From Zygophlyctis sp. KS116 (lineage: Eukaryota > Fungi > Chytridiomycota): a stretch of DNA of 32,000 bases. Positions within the stretch are counted from its first letter, which is position 1. Each line of letters opens with the position of its first letter. Position numbers and translations under genes: made by a program. Under the pieces are notes generated by a model, which was given only the letters and a program-made list of their open reading frames with translations, made no database searches and was not told the DNA's origin. The stretch covers positions 49,656 to 81,655 of the forward strand of contig BAAFSQ010000014.1 in the NCBI GenBank assembly GCA_054661495.1. Reading direction: 5' to 3'. Below, piece by piece: positions 24,979 through 32,000 of this stretch.

Positions 24979-26281
24979 TTAATCAGAGATTCTGTGCGTT
25001 AATTCATACATGAGGCAATAGCATTCATTCAAAAGAGATGCAAGATGATATTGTCCAGTCACAATATTCTCATCCACAAACTTGCCATTTATACGTGATC
25101 TATCAATTTCGTCAAGATCTGATTGAGCCTTGATAATTTGATTCTTGATTATAGAATCTCGTTTTCCAATAGTAATCCCCTTATTGAACTCATTTCTGAT
25201 TTGCAAAAGAGATGATTTGATTCCATTTAGCTTTTTGGACATTGGTAGCAATTCATCAGGAATAGGTTCCATTTGTAAATATGCTCTCGAGAGCATAGAT
25301 ACGCCCAATCTAGTAAGAGATAGAAATTTTACGCTCATAGTATCTAAAGTCTCCTTTGGGTGCAATAATAATTCAGATATTGTTTTTCCTAATTCCTCGA
25401 CTGTTGATTTTGACATCAAAATAGTTTCTTTATAGATTCCTGGAAATTTTGAAATCAAATCTTTTAATGCCTCATAGCGATCTCCTTCTTCTTGATTTGA
25501 TTCCAAATTCAACAGGATTTCATTCACTCTATCATAAGCAGTTTCTAGTAAATGTCTAATATATGCTTGACCTTTTGGAGCATTTCCACATTCATCCAAG
25601 AATTTCGAGTCCTTTTGTTGAGAATCTAAAGAATCTAGAATTTCTTGTAAACTTTGAAGATGAGCTGAATCAATGGCTTTTTCTGATTCCCATTTTGAAA
25701 GAATCATATCAAGCTCAGTTAAAACTTGATCAATTTTCTCTTTGAGTTCAAATAAACTTTGATCAATCTCTGGCTGCTCCAAGATCAACTTTCTAGTCAT
25801 CTTATAACATTCTTCCAAGAGTCCATTGATAACAGCTTGACCTCCTTTGATTTTTTTATCTAAAACAAATCGCCCTTGTAATTTATAACGATTTTCAAAC
25901 TCATTTATCTATAATTAACTTGATTAATAAATATACTCTATTTTGTACTGATTGTATTGACTCTGGTGACCGAATCGAATCGTGAGATATCGAATACAAT
26001 TCGTTATAAATGGATTTCAATTCATCGTATAGAGGAACCAGGTCTTCTTCCAATTTCCAAATAGGATCCATGATTTTTATCAACTGTTTCCAGATAAGAT
26101 CATTGTATCGAGTAATTTTATCAATCTCACGCTGAAGTTGAGCCACACGTTTCTCATGCCGAGCAGAGGCCTGATAAACTTTAGCAGACAACTCTTCAAT
26201 ATCTTTTGTAGAAGCTGCCTTGTGCACTCTTCTCAATTCTCCGTACAAATGCACTAAATAATCTGATACCGATTCTTTCAT
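24979..26281 (-). CDS. DUF2408 / Cub1 (YPL260W)-like helical repeat protein, 2 exons
   Basis: Three repeats of L..(I/L)D......GKF......GQ..L..LL.ECY (GRFV..GGQAVINGLLEECY; SKFL..KGQAYIRHLLETAY; GKFV..TGQYHLASLLNECY). Intron 25936-25909 (28). Confidence 0.75.
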
Positions 26282-26285
26282 TTAG

Positions 26286-26303
26286 AAGCTTTCAGAAAAG
26301 CTT
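26286..26303. repeat. Perfect 7-bp hairpin in the 30-nt spacer between JHD1 and the DUF2408 gene
   Basis: AAGCTTT-caga-AAAGCTT. Confidence 0.6.
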
Positions 26304-26311
26304 ATCACTGA

Positions 26312-28175
26312 CTATCTTCTTTTAAGCTTGTTGCTCATTTTAGATAATCTAGCAAAAACACCCTTTGCCTTCTTCTTTGGCATGTCATCAATTACTGGCT
26401 TTAATATAATCCTCTTATTAGACTTTTGTTCTTCCTTTATCTCTTCTGCGGTAAATTCCTCTTTTTCGTAGAAATCAGATAAATGGTCAGAAGCTACTTT
26501 ATCAGAAAAATCAGATTCTTGAGAAGTGGGTTCTTTAAGATCAGATTTATAGTCTATCAGGAAATTCCCTTTTTGAGTAGAATTAACAGTGGTTTCAATT
26601 TTTTGTTGCGCTTTTGCACCAGTTTCATATAATAAATTAGGATTTTCATGCACAGTTTTAATGAGTGACTCCAAGCTTTTTATCAAGTCTTCAGGGTCTT
26701 TAATGGACTCTGGAATATGTGCAAGATTTGCAGGATTCGATAAGTCACTGCAGAGAGACCGCTCTAAAAATACACACAGAGATTTAAGTCCTTCTAATTC
26801 TAGTGAACATAACGTTTTCCCTGCTCGTAGTCTATTTGTATAATGCGCAGCAGCATACCACTGCATTTTTTCATAGAAGGGAAATCTTGAAATTAGATTG
26901 ATAAAAGTATACCTAAATTTAGCTGGAACCCCAGTGGAAACTTCAACATCATAAATACTAAGCTGCCCTCCAATATTCAAACTATGCAAAAAATTTCCTC
27001 CGATTACAATCGAGTCTGAAGGTGTAAAAACGGCATGGATCCAACCAGTAGGTATAAACATTCTAATTATTAATACCTCAAGTCTTTAAATCAAGCTTTG
27101 AATGATTTAAAAACAATCTCAAAATACTTACGTGTTTCCAGCAGTTAAAAATACTTGATAACAGTCTTCAACCTCATCACCAAAAAAACGAAGACTTTGA
27201 TCATCCGAACTACTCCATATTGCATATCTCCTTAAATTTTCTGGTGTTGGTCTTATAAAGTAAAATATTTTTTCTCCAGAGATTATATGATAAAATACAC
27301 TAGTCCCTCCAAAATCTACATGAAAATCTGTAAAAGAATTCTTTACAGACATCAGACAATATAATTGTACACGAGGAAATTCACTAATTTGTTTCAATTC
27401 CTTTGGCCAAACATGATCAATCCAATCCAATTGACGAACAATTTTAGGCCTTAATACTTGATTAGCTAAATCAGACTTTGATATTTCCAAAGAGATAAGA
27501 TTATATATTTTTTTCCTATCTTTTGACTCAAAATATTTCGCAAAATTCCCCATCTTCATGACTAGCTCTGATTGATCAGATACTTGAAGTACAGGAACCT
27601 TTGTCTCTAGACCCACAGACTCTGCAACAGCCCGTACTGTCAGACCATTGGGCATTTTCAAGCCTAAACCTTCTTTTTCCTGGACAATAAGTGGCTCCTT
27701 GAACCCAAATGTCTTTAAATAATCCAGAGTTAACTCTGATCCTTTTAATTTAGAAAACTCGGCATTTTTAAAGACTTTAGATCCTAATAATCTTGTCCAT
27801 TTCAGCTCTGCACCTTCATCCAATACCTTCAATTCCTTTGGCTCCGAATAGTTTGCCACCTTCTTTTCTCTTTGTGACAATCTCGAAGGCACATGAGTCT
27901 GATTGGTAACCACTCTCTTCACTCCGCTTGGATCTAACAACCTCTTTCCAAATCTAAAATTTAGCATACACATTGCGATGTTGTGATTGAAAATAAACAT
28001 ACGGTGGTTCACAAACAGTACAAAAATATTCGCTAATAAAGTTTGCCTCTGCATCTTGAACAACTGGATTCAAGCATTTGCCATGATACCATTCCCCGCA
28101 ACCATCGCATTGTATCATGAACTCATCCTCCTCACCTTTAGAGTTACAAAAACAGTAGACAAATTCAGACTCCAT
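26312..28175 (-). CDS. JHD1: PHD finger + JmjC histone demethylase (Jhd1 / KDM2-KDM7-like), 4 exons
   Basis: PHD VYCFC...[15 protein letters not shown]...YFCTVC; Jmj[38 protein letters not shown] with the Fe ligands HxD...H intact. Introns 28002-27954 (49), 27131-27063 (69), 26912-26886 (27, in-frame; removal restores KFRFPF). Confidence 0.92.
27063..27131 (-). other. 69-nt GT-AG intron with 12-bp stem-loop (JHD1)
   Basis: Splits AGNT/MFIP. RNA arms GUUUUUAAAUCA / UGAUUUAAAGAC at 27114-27103 and 27093-27082, 9-nt loop. Confidence 0.9.
27954..28002 (-). other. 49-nt GT-AG intron with weak bulged stem-loop (JHD1)
   Basis: GTATGT...GCTAAATTTTAG joins the PHD exon to the JmjC exon in frame. AUCACAACAU-CGCA-AUGUGUAU at 27987-27966. 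Confidence 0.8.
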
Positions 28176-28385
28176 TAAAATTTACAGAACCTAAGTCTGC
28201 CTCCGCTGACTCATTCAGACTGTTTATCATATTCTTGTGGGATATTCAAAGAGCGTCCTTAAAGACTATGATGTATGATTGGTGCTGCATGCATCTTAAT
28301 TAGATATTAGAAAATGTAAAGTTTGAAACGCCGTGAAAAGTGCCACATTTCTACCAATGGGTGGATTCCCCACAAACAAATAAGA

Positions 28386-29597
28386 ATGTCGATTCCTGCG
28401 TTGAATTCTTCAATGATTCCAATCATTCAACCTATTAATATTTCTAATAGTGAAAACACTCTCTTTTATAGCGATAGCACAGTTTATCGTAAAAAGGCAA
28501 AAGATTATGCAGAGGAAACCAGAGCATTGCTCTTACAAGGTATCTCAAAGAAAGATAATACAAAACCAATTGATCGCAAATTGACTAGATCATCTATGGA
28601 ACTACTGGGAAAACATGCCATTTCTAAGCCAAAAATAACCAATAGTACAAGTAACGTTAAACTTGATCGTATCACAAGTACTAGTAACATTAAATCCAAG
28701 GATACTGAATCTACATATCCATTAAAGAAAGATCGATCTTGCCAAAATACCAACACTGGTAAAAAGGTTCAGTCGCTTTATGATTTGGATAAAAGAGATT
28801 GCGATTTTGTGCAGTCTATTTTAGATGGGAGCACTGCAGATATATCATTGTCAATGGGTATTCTTGAGTCACAGTCAAAGAAACAAGAGAAAATTCATTT
28901 ACTGGATTCTTCAATACTATTGTACACTGCCTCACAAAAGACTCCAATAATTTTGCCAAACTCATTCGTATTTAAACCAAATCTCAAAACTGTTAATGAT
29001 GGCTTATTAACTCATGAATATGAGTCATTTAATAGAAATAGGTTTAATTTCTATAAAGACTATAGTAAATTATGCGAATATGAAGATATTCATCATAAAA
29101 ATGTCGTCAATTTAATTTCTAGAGATTTGGATAAATTTAAAAAGGAAAATACAGGCTCTATATCTGATGGAGAATTAGTGCAAATGGTTTACAGCTGTAT
29201 GATTCATATTGACGGAAAAGTTTTGATGAATGATTTGGTATTGGAAGAGTTGCAGAGTACCTTTGAATCGGGTTTAAGTTCTTTTCAAAGTCAGAGACAA
29301 TTGGTACTAGAGTTAAAATCATGCACAAGCAAAATTCCAAAGGCTGACCTTTTAGAATTAAAGGCTGTTATAGGTCATATTCGTAGATTGGCAATAGTGT
29401 ATGGATATCACAAATCCATTCACGGGTTAACTTTACTATTTTCAGAGTTGATATTCTCTTGTGAATCAGTTCATTCAGAGTATTTGAATGTATCTCCCAA
29501 AGAATTATACGAAATTATTATAAAAGGAAATGGACCACAAACTAAGTCAAGTGCAATTCTAGAGTTGATTTTGTACTTTTACAATATATTCTTTTGA
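28386..29597 (+). CDS. Protein with low-complexity N-half and a degenerate RhoGAP-like C-terminal domain
   Basis: 'LLELKAVIGHIRRLA...GLTLLFSELIF...ILELILYFYNIFF' follows the RhoGAP helix pattern. First in-frame ATG is at 28386. No clear arginine-finger motif. Confidence 0.5.
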   Translation: MSIPALNSSMIPIIQPINISNSENTLFYSDSTVYRKKAKDYAEETRALLLQGISKKDNTKPIDRKLTRSSMELLGKHAISKPKITNSTSNVKLDRITSTSNIKSKDTESTYPLKKDRSCQNTNTGKKVQSLYDLDKRDCDFVQSILDGSTADISLSMGILESQSKKQEKIHLLDSSILLYTASQKTPIILPNSFVFKPNLKTVNDGLLTHEYESFNRNRFNFYKDYSKLCEYEDIHHKNVVNLISRDLDKFKKENTGSISDGELVQMVYSCMIHIDGKVLMNDLVLEELQSTFESGLSSFQSQRQLVLELKSCTSKIPKADLLELKAVIGHIRRLAIVYGYHKSIHGLTLLFSELIFSCESVHSEYLNVSPKELYEIIIKGNGPQTKSSAILELILYFYNIFF

Positions 29598-29638
29598 TAC
29601 AACTAAAAACTAAAATGTTCACATGCATAATCTAAATT

Positions 29639-30903
29639 TCAGTCCAAGGTTAATCGGACAGGAGCCATTTTCTGACTATCATTTGCAACCGGATTTACTA
29701 GATTTAATAATAAATGTCATACATAAAAGATTGAGATCATTGTCCTTAAAGTCCATCATAACAGCAAATGCTGTTGACATGGTAGAAATTACAATGATGA
29801 TTTGAGCCACAGCTAAAAGTTAGTGGATAAAATGTACCAAAACTTGTCAACCAAATTAACGTTAGTTTAAAAGCCGGTTCTACAAAAGCTACAACTATTG
29901 CATAAACTAGTCCAACCGCATTTCCCAACATCAATACTAAAAACAAAATCATTAAAGCATAACTAGTTCTCTTCACAGCAAACCACCCTACAGCATAATA
30001 TATAACTGCAACTAAACACATTAAAGCACATGCAGATGCAACATATCTTTTTGCTGATATCAAATCATTGGATTCTGCTTGTTTCCCATAGTAATAAACA
30101 GCACCAATCATTTGAATAATGATCCCACAAAAAAAGAATATATTGAGTTTCAGGAATAGAATGAATAGATGATATCTCTTAAGTAATTTCTTTTTATGTA
30201 AAGAAGCCCCATTTTTCTGTAGTAATGACCAGCCATACTCTTGGTACACTTTAAAGGATGTAAAAATCCCTATAATACCATATAATATAGAAAGCCCTGC
30301 AATTACTACCGCAATTGCTAAAAGACTATTTATAGCATCAGCTCCTGATTGTAAAATTTGTGTCCCTTGTTCTAGATTTGAGACTGAGTTTTTTACTGAA
30401 TAGCTTTGTCCGTTTTGTAAAAAAATCCCTGGAGGTCCATCTAGTTTAAAAACACCTGGTTGTGGAGATTCACATTGTTCTAATTTGTGAGCTAAAATCA
30501 AGGAACTTTCTCCTGAATTGGGAAAAATATATTCTGATCCATAATCTTTTAGTTTCTGTAATTGAAATATTTGAACTACAGAGTAAATGCAAGTAAAAAT
30601 ATTGAATAAAGCAACTGCTACAACTTGGATTGTATTTTTAGCTACCCATGCATCCGCAGCCATTGCTGTAGAAAAGATTTGAGCGATAATGAAGAGTACA
30701 AAGTAAACAATGATAAACCCGGCACTTCCTGCTTTCTCAGCAAACATCAGGTTTATTGCATTCAATGTCTCTCTAAGAATCACAAACTCCATTGCTCCTA
30801 ATAAAACAGTCTGAGAGATGGAAATCAGTAATGCTCTCTTTGCCCAGTCCAAAGGGTTAAAGAAATTGTATAGTTTAGAGGATAGAGTCTCTTCAACCTT
30901 CAT
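29639..30903 (-). CDS. UPF0658-like multi-pass (Golgi) membrane protein, 3 exons
   Basis: YFVLFIIAQIF...DAWVAKNTIQV, KVYQEYGW..GAS, LFLKLNIFFF, GWFAVKR. Introns 29837-29813 (25, with CTAAC) and 29722-29698 (25) add the last TM helix and the end RLTLD*. Confidence 0.75.
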
Positions 30904-30935
30904 AATTCTAAATTGGGCAATGAAAATGGCGCAAG

Positions 30936-30968
30936 GTGCCACAAAATTCTCACTAAAAAATGACGTAA
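30936..30968. promoter_or_regulatory. GTGCCAC motif plus ATF/CRE-like TGACGTAA upstream of the UPF0658-like gene
   Basis: GTGCCAC at 30936-30942 and TGACGTAA at 30961-30968 in a 71-nt spacer. Confidence 0.5.
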
Positions 30969-30974
30969 ACTATT

Positions 30975-32000
<1,026 letters not shown>

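Noticed and set aside
29623-29805. 60-aa plus-strand ORF after the RhoGAP-like gene
   Set aside because: It is antisense to the last two exons of the UPF0658-like gene, which explain the region.

Overview
AT-rich, very gene-dense eukaryotic DNA. The gene set (CEP44, kinesin-4, UFL1, plus fungal-type RIB1, CUB1/DUF2408, UPF0658 and YBT1-like ABCC) points to a zoosporic, chytrid-like fungus; this is inference, not a database result. I rebuilt about 19 protein-coding genes by hand from the fragmented ORF track. The fragmentation comes from a miniature spliceosomal intron system. Of 47 GT-AG introns I could place, 44 are 24-31 nt (about 4 of these are tentative). The only three longer ones (49, 59, 69 nt) each contain an internal stem-loop that could loop out the excess and give an effective length of about 27-36 nt. 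Genes are packed with 29-41 nt gaps between tandem CDSs, and some convergent genes interdigitate through each other's terminal introns. Several tiny intergenic spacers share a GTGGCAC motif, sometimes with CRE-like sites. A 17-bp hairpin covers the start codon of the riboflavin-pathway gene RIB1. I saw no rRNA, tRNA, CRISPR or mobile element. All splice sites and structures are manual predictions and need RNA data.
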